Positions 35,810 through 45,293 of a DNA stretch of 64,000 nt are shown piece after piece; position 1 is the stretch's first letter, and each line of letters begins with the position of its first letter. The stretch comes from Candidatus Latescibacterota bacterium (GTDB lineage Bacteria; Latescibacterota; UBA2968; UBA8231), in the NCBI GenBank assembly GCA_965204725.1, contig OZ242005.1, positions 2,144,001-2,208,000 of the forward strand, given 5' to 3'. The notes below the pieces were generated by a model. It did not search any database, had not been told where the DNA came from, and saw nothing but the letters and a program-made list of their open reading frames with translations. The position numbers were made by a program, and so were the translations under genes.

Positions 35810-37963
35810 TTACGGCAACTTCGTCGTCTTTTTCGCTTCCACCCGCCCTTCGACTTCCACCCGATAGACATACACGCCCGCCGCCACCGCCTTGCCCGCC
35901 TCGTCGCGACCATCCCAAGTAAAACGATGCTGACCTGCCCGCAGCGGCCCCTGCCATACCTGACGCACCCGACGCCCCAACACGTCATACACTCGCAACG
36001 ATACTTCCGTCGCGTCCGTCGCCAAATCAAGGGGCAGCACCACCGCCGGATTGAACGGGTTGGGATAGCTGTCACCCAGCCGGTATTGTGCCGGTCGCGC
36101 AGCCGCCGACGTCTGCACGGCCGTCGCGGTCGAGGCCAGCGAATTCTTGAGGACATGCACCCCACCCAAAATCGGGTCTAACACCAACAGATCGAGATCG
36201 CCATCGCCATCCATATCTCCGGACAGCACATATCGCCCACTGCCCGCCAGCCGATGCCGCTCCCCTTCCTGAGTCGGGTTGATACTTCCTCCCCATTCGA
36301 TAAACACCCCAAACCCCGAAGCGCGGTCGCCGCCGATAAACACCCAATCGTCAACTCCATCGGCATTAAGATCGCGTATCAGCACTGGCGAGCGACGCAA
36401 CAACCGATCATCATACAGCACCGCCGCTACGAGGCGGTCTCCGGCCCCCTTCCTCTGCAAGACGAGGCCCTTGCTCCCTTCGATTATATCGGAGGTGAAC
36501 TCGGTGAGGAAATCCACCTGCCCATCGCCATCCAAATCGCCCACCCCTAACGGCCGCAGCTCTTCATCGACCTCAAAGACCTCGCCCCGCTGCAACGCCT
36601 CGGGCTCGTTGCTCTCCAACGCCTTGTTCAAGGGAGCCACAATCCACCCTCGCGCCAGACTCTGAATCGGCGACCAGAACATGTCGATGATCCCATTGCC
36701 GGTGAAGTCGCCAATATGAATGGGCGCATATCCTTCGGAATACGCCACCTCAGCGGATGTCCACCCGTCCTGTTCGACCTCCCAGACTGCTAACGTGCTA
36801 AAAAACTTCGCCGTGCCCGCGATCGATTCCTCTAAAGTGCCTTCATACGTAGCTCCCCCGACAAATAATTCGACCCGGCCGTCGCCATCCCAATCGGCCA
36901 CACTCTGGATACTCCTATCGATCTGCGCGAGCACCTCCACTTGGAGATCCGAGCCGATAGACCACACTTCGGTCTTAGGCTCCCGGTTGCTTCTCGATAT
37001 CGCGATCTCGGCTTGACCATCGCCGGTCAAATCGGCACCCAGCACATCTAAGCCCCCCCCTAAGCTCACCCCTGCTTCCTCTGTAACAGGCCCCCGTTCC
37101 AAGACCCCGTGCCCGTCATTGAGCGCCATCAGCCAGCCCGCTTTCGCCTTAGGAGGCCCATGCTTGTTAGGTATTTTCATTCGCCACAGGCCGAACAGGT
37201 CTAAGTCCCCATCGCCATCCAAGTCCGTCAACACGTTGCGCCAGTTCCGCCCGAGATATCTGTTTGTTTCATGGGTTTCTCCGATGCCCGGGGCAATCGG
37301 ATAGAACACCGGCGGCGCAAAAAGCCCCGTCCCAGCAAAGCGAAAGTAATGCTCTACCAGCGGCGGAGGGAGTTCCCCCTCTAGCAGCTCTTCCACGCCG
37401 GTCAACTCGATCCAGTCGATCTCAAACGCCTCCACCACCTCGGTATCCAAATCAAAACCCAGTATAAAGCTGAGTTGAAGATTTCTTAACAGGCCCTCCC
37501 AGCCGACTTGACCCTCCAACGAGACCTCTACTTCCTGCCACTCGGTCGTATAGACTACTTGTTGGACGGGAGCTTCTCCTTCTGTGCCAAGACTAAAAAA
37601 ATCATGACCTGAAGCACTGTCCCATTCCATCGTAAAAGTACCCTCGGTAGGGCGATCATGGACGGTGCGGCAGCGGATGCGGAGCCGGTCGAACAGACTC
37701 GAATCATACCCGATGGTCGAAGAAACCACTTCGACACTCGGCTGGGAGGGGTCGAAACTGTTGGTAACGGCGGGATCAACCCGGACCCGCCACACACCCT
37801 CGTCAATCATCCCCGGAAACTGGTGAAATTCACGCGTACCTCCCCACTGAATATCTTCTTTGGCGGACCACCCTTGCGTCGTCCCATCGTCGAACTCCCA
37901 CCGAATCGCCCCGGCGAGGCTACTCCACAGCACAAGCCCTACAACAGCAGCAAACTTCAGCAT
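35810..37963 (-). CDS. FG-GAP + FlgD-Ig secreted protein, paralog F (717 aa)
   Basis: Same architecture as A. Confidence 0.88.
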   Translation of the reverse strand: MLKFAAVVGLVLWSSLAGAIRWEFDDGTTQGWSAKEDIQWGGTREFHQFPGMIDEGVWRVRVDPAVTNSFDPSQPSVEVVSSTIGYDSSLFDRLRIRCRTVHDRPTEGTFTMEWDSASGHDFFSLGTEGEAPVQQVVYTTEWQEVEVSLEGQVGWEGLLRNLQLSFILGFDLDTEVVEAFEIDWIELTGVEELLEGELPPPLVEHYFRFAGTGLFAPPVFYPIAPGIGETHETNRYLGRNWRNVLTDLDGDGDLDLFGLWRMKIPNKHGPPKAKAGWLMALNDGHGVLERGPVTEEAGVSLGGGLDVLGADLTGDGQAEIAISRSNREPKTEVWSIGSDLQVEVLAQIDRSIQSVADWDGDGRVELFVGGATYEGTLEESIAGTAKFFSTLAVWEVEQDGWTSAEVAYSEGYAPIHIGDFTGNGIIDMFWSPIQSLARGWIVAPLNKALESNEPEALQRGEVFEVDEELRPLGVGDLDGDGQVDFLTEFTSDIIEGSKGLVLQRKGAGDRLVAAVLYDDRLLRRSPVLIRDLNADGVDDWVFIGGDRASGFGVFIEWGGSINPTQEGERHRLAGSGRYVLSGDMDGDGDLDLLVLDPILGGVHVLKNSLASTATAVQTSAAARPAQYRLGDSYPNPFNPAVVLPLDLATDATEVSLRVYDVLGRRVRQVWQGPLRAGQHRFTWDGRDEAGKAVAAGVYVYRVEVEGRVEAKKTTKLP

Positions 37964-38008
37964 GATAGCACACCTCGTTCAAGTCAAATAGCGCAAAAGA
38001 ATATCCGC

Positions 38009-40174
38009 TCACGGCAGCTTCGTCGTCTTTTTGGCTTCCACCCGCCCGTCGATTTCCACCCGATAGATATACACTCCGGCAGCCACGGCCTTGCCCGCCT
38101 CGTCGCGGCCATCCCAAGTAAAACGATGCTGACCTGCCCGCAACGGCCCGTCCCACACCTGACGCACCCGACGACCCAACACGTCATGCACCCGCAGCGA
38201 CACCGCCGCCGCGTCCGTCGCTAAATCGAGAGGCAGCACCACCGCCGGATTGAACGGGTTGGGATAGCTGTCGCCCAGCCGGTATTGTGCCGGTCGCCCA
38301 GCCGCCGACGTCCGCACGGCTGTCGCGGTAGAGGCCAGCGAATTCTTGAGCAGATGCACCCCACCCAAGATCGGATCTAACACCACCAAATCCTCATCGC
38401 CGTCGCCATCCATATCCCCGGACAGCACGATTCTCCCATTGCCCACCAGCCGATGCCGCTCCCCGTCTTGGGTCGGATTGACAAGCCCCCCCCATTCGAT
38501 AAACACCCCAAAGCCCGAAGCGCGGTCTCCACCGACAAACACCCAGTCGTCAACCCCATCGGCATTGAGATCGCGTATCAGCACCGGCGAGCGACGCAAC
38601 AGCCGATCATCATACAGCACCTCCGCTACGAGGCGGTCGCCAGCCCCCTTCCTCTGCAAGACGATGCCTTTGCTCCCTTCGATGTAATCACGGATGAACT
38701 CGGTGAGGAAATCCACCTGCCCATCGCCATCAAAATCGCCTATCCCTAACAACCCCACCTGTTCATCGACTTCAAACGCCTCGCTACGCTGAAACGCCTC
38801 GGGCGCGCTGTTCTGCAACCCCTCGTCCAACGGAGACACAATCCACCCTCGCGCCAGATTGCGAATCGGCGACCAGAACACCTCGAAAACCCCATTGCCG
38901 GTAAAGTCGCCGATGTGCTGGGGCACATATTTTTCCGAAGACGCCACCTCAGCGGACATCCACCTGCCCTGTTCAACCTCCCAGACTGCTAAAGTACTAA
39001 AGTACTCCGCCGTATTATTGCGCACATCGTCTAGGGTGCCCTTATATGTAGTTCCCCCGACAAATAATTCGACCCGGCCATCGCCGTCCCAATCGGCCAC
39101 ACTATGAAGCGAGCGGTCAATCTGCACGAGCACCTCCGCTTGGAGGTCCGGGCCGATAGACCACACTTCAGTCGGCAGATCTGAAGTGTGGTCTATGGTT
39201 ATCGCGATTTCGTCTTGACCATCGCCCGTTAAATCAGCACCCATCACCTCTAAGGACAACATGGGGACGATTACACTTCCCGTTCCCGCCTCGGTATCAC
39301 TCCCCCTTATGGATACTACTTTATTAACAGACTCCCGTTCCAAGGCCCCCCGCCCGTCATTGAGTGCCATCAGCCAGCCACTCTCAGGCTCAAGCTCCTG
39401 TTGCACTTTCGTGGGCGTGCCCCACAGGCCAAACAGGTCTAAGTCGCCATCGCCATCCAAGTCCGTCAACACGCCGCCCTGCCGCTCCCCTATATACCCG
39501 CCTCGATGAAATTCTTGCCCTGTGCCCGGCGCAATCGGATAGAACACCGGCGGCGCAAAAAGCCCGGCCCCATCAAAGCGAAAGTACTCTACCAACGGCG
39601 GCGGCCGTTCCCCCTGTAGCAACTCTTCTGCGCCGGTCAACTCGATCCAGTCAATCTCAAACTTCTCGATCCTCGCGGTAGCGGTACCCGACAGTCTAAA
39701 GGCTAGTATGATATTTTTTAACGGCCCCTCCCATCCGTCTCGATCCGCCAACGACAGCACCACTTCCTGCCACTCGGTGGTATAGACGACTTCTTTGGAA
39801 ACGAGCGTCTCGAAATAAGCTCTAAACCCTGAAGCGTTTTCCCACCCGACCGCGAGAGAACCCTCCGTAGGGTCGTCGTGGATGGTGCGGCAGCGGATGC
39901 GGACGTAGTCGAACAGGTCCGAATCATACCCGATGATCGGAGAAAACAATTCGCCTTCCGGCAGGGGGGACACAGTCTTGGTCGCCGCGGGATCGACCGT
40001 GATCCGCCACACGCCCTCGTCGACCACCCAAGGGAAATGATTAAATTCACGCGCACCACGTATTTTTTCTTTAGCGGACCACCCTTGCGTCGTCCCATCG
40101 TCGAACTCCCACCGAATCGCCCCAGCGGGGATACTCCACAACACAATCCATGCAACGGCGGCAAATTTCAGCAT
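38009..40174 (-). CDS. FG-GAP + FlgD-Ig secreted protein, paralog G (721 aa)
   Basis: Same architecture; first gene after P2. Confidence 0.88.
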   Translation of the reverse strand: MLKFAAVAWIVLWSIPAGAIRWEFDDGTTQGWSAKEKIRGAREFNHFPWVVDEGVWRITVDPAATKTVSPLPEGELFSPIIGYDSDLFDYVRIRCRTIHDDPTEGSLAVGWENASGFRAYFETLVSKEVVYTTEWQEVVLSLADRDGWEGPLKNIILAFRLSGTATARIEKFEIDWIELTGAEELLQGERPPPLVEYFRFDGAGLFAPPVFYPIAPGTGQEFHRGGYIGERQGGVLTDLDGDGDLDLFGLWGTPTKVQQELEPESGWLMALNDGRGALERESVNKVVSIRGSDTEAGTGSVIVPMLSLEVMGADLTGDGQDEIAITIDHTSDLPTEVWSIGPDLQAEVLVQIDRSLHSVADWDGDGRVELFVGGTTYKGTLDDVRNNTAEYFSTLAVWEVEQGRWMSAEVASSEKYVPQHIGDFTGNGVFEVFWSPIRNLARGWIVSPLDEGLQNSAPEAFQRSEAFEVDEQVGLLGIGDFDGDGQVDFLTEFIRDYIEGSKGIVLQRKGAGDRLVAEVLYDDRLLRRSPVLIRDLNADGVDDWVFVGGDRASGFGVFIEWGGLVNPTQDGERHRLVGNGRIVLSGDMDGDGDEDLVVLDPILGGVHLLKNSLASTATAVRTSAAGRPAQYRLGDSYPNPFNPAVVLPLDLATDAAAVSLRVHDVLGRRVRQVWDGPLRAGQHRFTWDGRDEAGKAVAAGVYIYRVEIDGRVEAKKTTKLP

Positions 40175-40243
40175 GATAGCACAACTCCCTTTCCAACAGA
40201 CTGCGCTCTATCCGTGAGTCGGCCTTGTTTCTACGAATTATGT

Positions 40244-40260
40244 ATGCAAATTGCGTGCCA
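40244..40260 (-). promoter_or_regulatory. Sigma-54 promoter P2 (TGGCACGCAATTTGCAT)
   Basis: Exact -24/-12 consensus upstream of paralog G. Confidence 0.88.
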
Positions 40261-40282
40261 AAAATCAGGGTACGCACAAAAA

Positions 40283-40309
40283 AATCCTTTAGGATGATCC
40301 TAAAGGATT
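40283..40309. promoter_or_regulatory. Perfect 13-bp inverted repeat AATCCTTTAGGAT-G-ATCCTAAAGGATT
   Basis: Recurs with one mismatch at 49740-49766; absent from P1. Confidence 0.65.
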
Positions 40310-40376
40310 GAAAATATAGGAGTTATAAAATTTAATTTTCTTTTTTTCAGCCCATACACGCGCAATGAGGAACCAT

Positions 40377-40442
40377 AAAAAATCGTATAAAATCGTATAA
40401 AATCGTATTATATACGATTTTATACGATTTTATACGATTTTT
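40377..40442. promoter_or_regulatory. 3+3 inverted AAAATCGTAT array, copy 2
   Basis: Most complete copy; about the same distance from P2 as copy 1 is from P1. Confidence 0.8.
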
Positions 40443-40475
40443 CTACGGCGTCGCAGGCCGCGTTTTCTCGCCCCG

Positions 40476-43400
40476 TTAAGACGATTTCTTAGGTGGTTGC
40501 AACCCATGCACACGCATGCGAGAACGCAGCCGCTCTGGATTCATGCCCAATATGCGCGCCGCGCCCCGCTCGCCATAGATCCGCCCCCCAGCGGCTTGAA
40601 GCGCCTCAACGATTTGCTGCTTTTCGTCCATGATGACAGGCCGCTTTGCTTGCGTCTCACCCCCGGCGGGCGGCTCATCCAGCGGAAACTCCAAGTCCTC
40701 CACTCGCAGTACGCCGCCCTCACACAGCAAGATCCCCCGTTGGAGTACGTGTTGCAGTTCGCGGATGTTCCCCGGCCACGAGTGCGACTGCAAGTGCGCG
40801 ATCACCCCGTGGCCCATCGTCGGTGCCGGCAGCTTTTGCTCGGCGACGAACTGATCCACAAAATGCTTGACCAAATCCGGTATATCCCCGAGCCGCTGCC
40901 GCAACGGCGGAAGCTCTACCGTGAAGGTGTTCAGACGATAAAACAGGTCGCCGCGGAACGCCTCCGTCTGTATGGCCTGCCGCAGGTCGCGGTTGGTCGC
41001 CGCCACGATTCGCACATCCAAGGGTACAGGCTGCTCACCCCCGACGCGGGTCAGGAGCTTCTCCTCTAAGACATTCAAAAGCACCCGCTGGGCCTGTGGC
41101 GGCAACTCGCCGATTTCGTCTAAAAACAAGGTGCCGCCATTGGCCTGTTCAAAGCGCCCAACTTGGCGATTATTGGCCCCGGTAAAGGACCCTTTCTCGT
41201 GGCCGAACAACTCGCTCTCGACTAGGCTAGGCGGCAGCGCTCCGCAATTGACTTGGACGAAGGGACGGTCGCTGCGCTGGCTGAAGTCGTGGATGCTCTG
41301 CGCCAGCACGCCCTTGCCGGTGCCGGTCTCGCCCAGCACCAGCACGGCCACATCGGACCAAGCGACCTCCTCGACTTGGCGCATCACCTCGTGCATGACC
41401 GGAGTCTGACTCTCTACCATCAGGGGGGCAGACAGCCGATCCTCGGTGGGCACATCCGTGCGTTTGGCGCGATCGTCGAGGACGACGCGAATGGCCAAGC
41501 TGACCACCTCAGACCGCAGGCCATCGCGGTCTAGGGTCTGTACCTCAAAGCGGTAGTCGCCTACCGACAGGGCAGGATACTCGACCGCATCGGCGGCGGT
41601 GAACGCGCTCCACTGTTCGGCTGGGGCGTAGCCTACTAAGCGATGGCGATAGCACATCTGCCTCGCCCCGGTGCGGAAACTGATACCTTGGAAATGAATG
41701 CGGACTTCGGAGACGTCCTCTGAGAAGGATACGTCTTGGGGCATGGCAAAAAGGCTTCCGGCCAGCACCTCGCGGATGACCACACGCGGCGGCGTGTCGC
41801 CCGGCTGATAGGCAACCAACCCGGCCCGCGTCCCAAACCACAGCCGGCCGCGACGGTCGCACAAGACAGCCTCGACGATGTTGCCGAGCACAGAGTCCCC
41901 TAAGCGGATGTTTTGGAATGTCTCGCCATTGTAGCGGAGTGCGCCTCCGCCGCTGGTCCCAAGCCAAACATGGCCCTGCGGGTCAGCCGTCAGCGCCAAG
42001 ACGCCATTGGCCGGCAGCCCAGACACATCGACTGTAAAGTGGCGCACCTCCTTCGACGAGTGGTCAAACGTGAAAAGCCCTTTGGCCGTGCCCACCCACA
42101 AGACGTTTTGGTGTTCCCACAACACATTGACATAGACGATGGTCTCGGACTCGGCTATATCCGCCGGGCAAAAATGATCGTCCTTGTCCCAGTAGAGCGC
42201 CGGCACTTTACCGAAAAACCCAACCCAGAAGACGCCGTTTGGGTCTTGCAGCAGAGCGCGGCACTCCTCGCCTTCCCAGCCGTCAAAGGGGGTGAAGCGG
42301 TTGGCTTCGATCCAGCCGAAGTGGCCTTGGAACGTACCGACCCAGATACGCCCTTGCCTATCTTCGCACAGTCCGGTGATCTCTTCGGAGTTGGACGCGG
42401 CCCCCACGGCGATCGCGCGCGGCGTTTGGCCTTCCCACTGGTACACCCGGCCCCTTTCGCCCCCGCTCCAGATCTGCCCCTCGCCATCCGCCATCATCGC
42501 CAACACCGCGTCGTTCATATCGAGCGGCTGAATGTGGCCTTCTTCCATACAGGCCATGCCGCCCAGCGTGCCGATCCATATCCGCCCGTCGGCGTCTTCG
42601 GCCAAGTGGCGCACCTCGTGGTCGGGCAGGCCCTCGGCTTCGGTGTAGAACCGCACGCTGACCGGATCGCAAAAAATCAGCCCACCGCCCCAAAGCCCGA
42701 CCCAGATATTGCCCTCGCGGTCCTCGTATGTCAGGCGCGTATTGGAAAAGTCAATGCCCGGAAGGCCGGGCGCAAAGGGATGCCACGCTTGCCCATCGTA
42801 GCAGACTACGCCCCGACACGCCAGCCAGATCCGGCCTCGCTCGTCCGCCCGCACGTGCCGCACTCCCTGCTGCACCGCTCGCTCGGCCTGACCATCTACC
42901 CGGATGGAGGCGAACTGCTCGGCATACGGGTCGTACCGGCCGATCAAGGCTTCGCGACTCTCATGGTGGAAGACGACCCACAGATGGCCGGAGGGGTCTT
43001 GAGCAAATTTCCAAGGCCAGCGGACCGGCTGATCACCCAGATCCATGCGCCGTCCATCCAAGCTGAGGATGCCGCGGTCCCACGTCGCCAGCCAAGTGGT
43101 GCCCGCCACGTCGGTGGCCAAGTCGTACACCCGCCCCAACGGTTGGCCGTCAACATGGGTTATGCTCTTTTTGCAGCGGCCTTGGTCAAACCACGCCACG
43201 CCCGCGCCGGTCAGCACCTGAATCGAGCCGTCCGGCTCGGCTTGCAGGCCCACGATCTCATTGGACGGCAAGCCTTCCTTGGTCGTGTACACCTCAAAGC
43301 CGCGCCCGTCGTACGCGGCCAGCCCCCCGCCAAACGTGCCGAACAGCAGCCGCCCCTCGGGGTCTTCGGCAATGGCCATGACCGTCTGGGACGGCAGGCC

Positions 43401-43580
43401 ATCTGGGACGGTAAACGTATCAAACCGAGCGCTGTCGAACCGGCTGACGCCGCCGTCGGCCGTGGCAATCCAGAGGAACCCTTGGCTGTCTTGGTAGAGG
43501 TCTTCAACGTGCATCCCGCCCAGCCCATTGAACATGGTATAGTGATGCCCCTGCACGTGCTCAAAGGATAGGTCGCTCAT
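40476..43580 (-). CDS. Sigma-54 enhancer-binding protein with N-terminal Reg_prop beta-propellers and a Y_Y_Y-like domain (about 1034 aa; start uncertain)
   Basis: Repeated GLP..V..I.ED..G.IWIGT units; YRHRL..W..Y..L..GDYRFEV; GETGTGK, ESELFGHEKGSFTGA, LFLDEIGE, WPGNIREL; C-terminal HTH GAARILGM. Confidence 0.92.
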   Translation of the reverse strand: MSDLSFEHVQGHHYTMFNGLGGMHVEDLYQDSQGFLWIATADGGVSRFDSARFDTFTVPDGLPSQTVMAIAEDPEGRLLFGTFGGGLAAYDGRGFEVYTTKEGLPSNEIVGLQAEPDGSIQVLTGAGVAWFDQGRCKKSITHVDGQPLGRVYDLATDVAGTTWLATWDRGILSLDGRRMDLGDQPVRWPWKFAQDPSGHLWVVFHHESREALIGRYDPYAEQFASIRVDGQAERAVQQGVRHVRADERGRIWLACRGVVCYDGQAWHPFAPGLPGIDFSNTRLTYEDREGNIWVGLWGGGLIFCDPVSVRFYTEAEGLPDHEVRHLAEDADGRIWIGTLGGMACMEEGHIQPLDMNDAVLAMMADGEGQIWSGGERGRVYQWEGQTPRAIAVGAASNSEEITGLCEDRQGRIWVGTFQGHFGWIEANRFTPFDGWEGEECRALLQDPNGVFWVGFFGKVPALYWDKDDHFCPADIAESETIVYVNVLWEHQNVLWVGTAKGLFTFDHSSKEVRHFTVDVSGLPANGVLALTADPQGHVWLGTSGGGALRYNGETFQNIRLGDSVLGNIVEAVLCDRRGRLWFGTRAGLVAYQPGDTPPRVVIREVLAGSLFAMPQDVSFSEDVSEVRIHFQGISFRTGARQMCYRHRLVGYAPAEQWSAFTAADAVEYPALSVGDYRFEVQTLDRDGLRSEVVSLAIRVVLDDRAKRTDVPTEDRLSAPLMVESQTPVMHEVMRQVEEVAWSDVAVLVLGETGTGKGVLAQSIHDFSQRSDRPFVQVNCGALPPSLVESELFGHEKGSFTGANNRQVGRFEQANGGTLFLDEIGELPPQAQRVLLNVLEEKLLTRVGGEQPVPLDVRIVAATNRDLRQAIQTEAFRGDLFYRLNTFTVELPPLRQRLGDIPDLVKHFVDQFVAEQKLPAPTMGHGVIAHLQSHSWPGNIRELQHVLQRGILLCEGGVLRVEDLEFPLDEPPAGGETQAKRPVIMDEKQQIVEALQAAGGRIYGERGAARILGMNPERLRSRMRVHGLQPPKKSS

Positions 43581-43673
43581 TTTCGGCCTTTCGGCGGTTG
43601 GGAGGTCTTCCCCGAAGCGGGAAGGAGAAAATGAACGCCTAAGATACGACAATCGCCGCCCGAAAACTACCCG

Positions 43674-45011
43674 TCAGTCCGCCGCGACGAGTTGCCGTGC
43701 CAACGACCCCTCGCGCGTCAGGGCGTACACCACGACATTCACTCCCAAATTATAGGCCGACATCTCATCGATGCTCGAAAGGAAAAATGGCGTATTGCTG
43801 ATGTTATTCCGCACCCCCTCATCCCGTGCCCGCTCGGCGATGCCCGACCAGAAATCAGCGTACCCGCGCATCGAATACATCCCCACCAACTGCTCCCCGA
43901 CCAAGATGCCCTCCAAGTAGTCTGGGGTTAGCGGTGGGGATTCTCCGCCTTCTGTGAAGTGCATATCGCGCATCCCGCGGGGGAGGCTTTCTACATCGTA
44001 GAAGCTGTGGTAAATCGAATGGGTGGTCTCTAGGCGGGCAAACTGCCAGTCCTTCCATTCTTGATAGCCGACCGCTTGGAAGCTGGCCCGAATGAGGGAA
44101 CGCACGGCCGGAATGTCCAAATCGGCGTCGCTGTAGTTGGGCCGCAACAGGCGGACAATTTCTGCAAACAGGAATCCGCCCGAAGTCAAATAGGCCCCAA
44201 GATTGGCGGCCTCTGCCTCGGTAAACTCAAAGGGCGCGTTGGCAGTAAACAGCACGAAGGGCACCTGCAAGAGCTGCGGATCGTCGAGCCGGACCGCGTC
44301 GCGTACCTCGACGTGAACCTGCGTACTGGCGACCATTTTATCGGCCAACCCTTGCAGCATCTGTTTTTCTGCCATTTGGCGCGTCTGAAGGAATATGCGT
44401 GCCTCAGAGCTGGTCTTTTCCTGTTCAGCCCGTTCGATGGACGGGCTGTAAACACTGGACAAATAGAGAAAGCCTTTGAGCTGACGCCGGTCTTTTGGAT
44501 CCATTACGACCATCGCCCGGTGCTGGCCGGTGTCCATGGCCTGCACGTCCATCAGCTCTAAGGCCAAGTCGATCTCGTCGGTCCCTTGCCGCGTCCCTTC
44601 TAATGCTCCAGCCTGCATTTGCGGACCAATGTGCCGAGCGGGGAAGTCCGGCACGGGCAGCACCAGCCGATCCGGCAGGGCCGCTGTCGGCAGCCTAAGT
44701 GCCGCCGACTTGAACATCGGCAGGGCGCGCGTGGCCGTGGGGGCCGGCCGCACCGCGGCGACCGGGGCTGCTTGCAGGGCGGGGCGACGCACCAACGGTC
44801 GCTGCCGGGGCCGTTGCCGACGGGTCAGCGTGCGCTGCGGCGGCGGGCGTTTGGTAAACTCCACCATGATCGGCGACAGGACGGGAAATTGGGCGATCTG
44901 ATCGCGGTGCGTAATGCCGAAGATCACCAGCAGATGCAAGGCCAGCGACACCGCCAAGCAGCCTTGCAGCTTTCTGTTTTTGCGGAGTGGAACTTTCCAC
45001 GACCGTCTCAT
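43674..45011 (-). CDS. Membrane-anchored DUF4159-like protein, paralog 2 (445 aa)
   Basis: N-terminal ~180 aa nearly identical to the product of 25239-26579. Confidence 0.8.
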   Translation of the reverse strand: MRRSWKVPLRKNRKLQGCLAVSLALHLLVIFGITHRDQIAQFPVLSPIMVEFTKRPPPQRTLTRRQRPRQRPLVRRPALQAAPVAAVRPAPTATRALPMFKSAALRLPTAALPDRLVLPVPDFPARHIGPQMQAGALEGTRQGTDEIDLALELMDVQAMDTGQHRAMVVMDPKDRRQLKGFLYLSSVYSPSIERAEQEKTSSEARIFLQTRQMAEKQMLQGLADKMVASTQVHVEVRDAVRLDDPQLLQVPFVLFTANAPFEFTEAEAANLGAYLTSGGFLFAEIVRLLRPNYSDADLDIPAVRSLIRASFQAVGYQEWKDWQFARLETTHSIYHSFYDVESLPRGMRDMHFTEGGESPPLTPDYLEGILVGEQLVGMYSMRGYADFWSGIAERARDEGVRNNISNTPFFLSSIDEMSAYNLGVNVVVYALTREGSLARQLVAAD

Positions 45012-45068
45012 CGGATTATGTCCTTTCCCTACTTTGCGTATGCCTTTTCTACTGTTGCCGCTACGTCC

Positions 45069-45116
45069 GGGATCGAGGGCGTCCCGCCCTCGACGAGGGC
45101 AAGATGCCCTCGATCC
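45069..45116. repeat. REP-like inverted pair GGGATCGAGGGCGTCCCGCCCTCG / CGAGGGCAAGATGCCCTCGATCC
   Basis: Two short hairpins arranged head to head. Confidence 0.7.
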
Positions 45117-45119
45117 TTA

Positions 45120-45243
45120 GAGGCTGTCTGAAAACCCACTTTGGGTAGCCGTAGAGCCGGTCTCCGTCATTCCCGCGAAAGCGGGAATCCAGCCGGGGTC
45201 GTATAGACGCAAGGGGCGACCACCAGAGTTTGCAGACAGCTTC
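45120..45243. mobile_element. MITE-like element, family 2 (16-bp TIRs, TTA duplication), carrying a dRS3-like palindrome at 45166-45192
   Basis: GAGGCTGTCTGAAAAC..GTTTGCAGACAGCTTC (14/16 match); TTA at 45117-45119 and 45244-45246. Confidence 0.75.
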
Positions 45244-45293
45244 TTAGAAAGTTGGCGGCTCGTGTCGTGTAGCAAGGTCAAGTTCCTCTCGCG

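Noticed and set aside
26938-40174. Polymorphic toxin (Rhs/CDI-like) array
   Set aside because: C-termini are the most conserved part, there are no interleaved immunity ORFs, and no toxin motifs were recognised.
41913-43571. 552-aa plus-strand ORF and similar long shadow ORFs (21791-22948 +, 23488-24621 +, 51013-52335 -, 60308-61447 -)
   Set aside because: They lie antisense to well-supported genes in GC-rich DNA and show no recognisable motifs.
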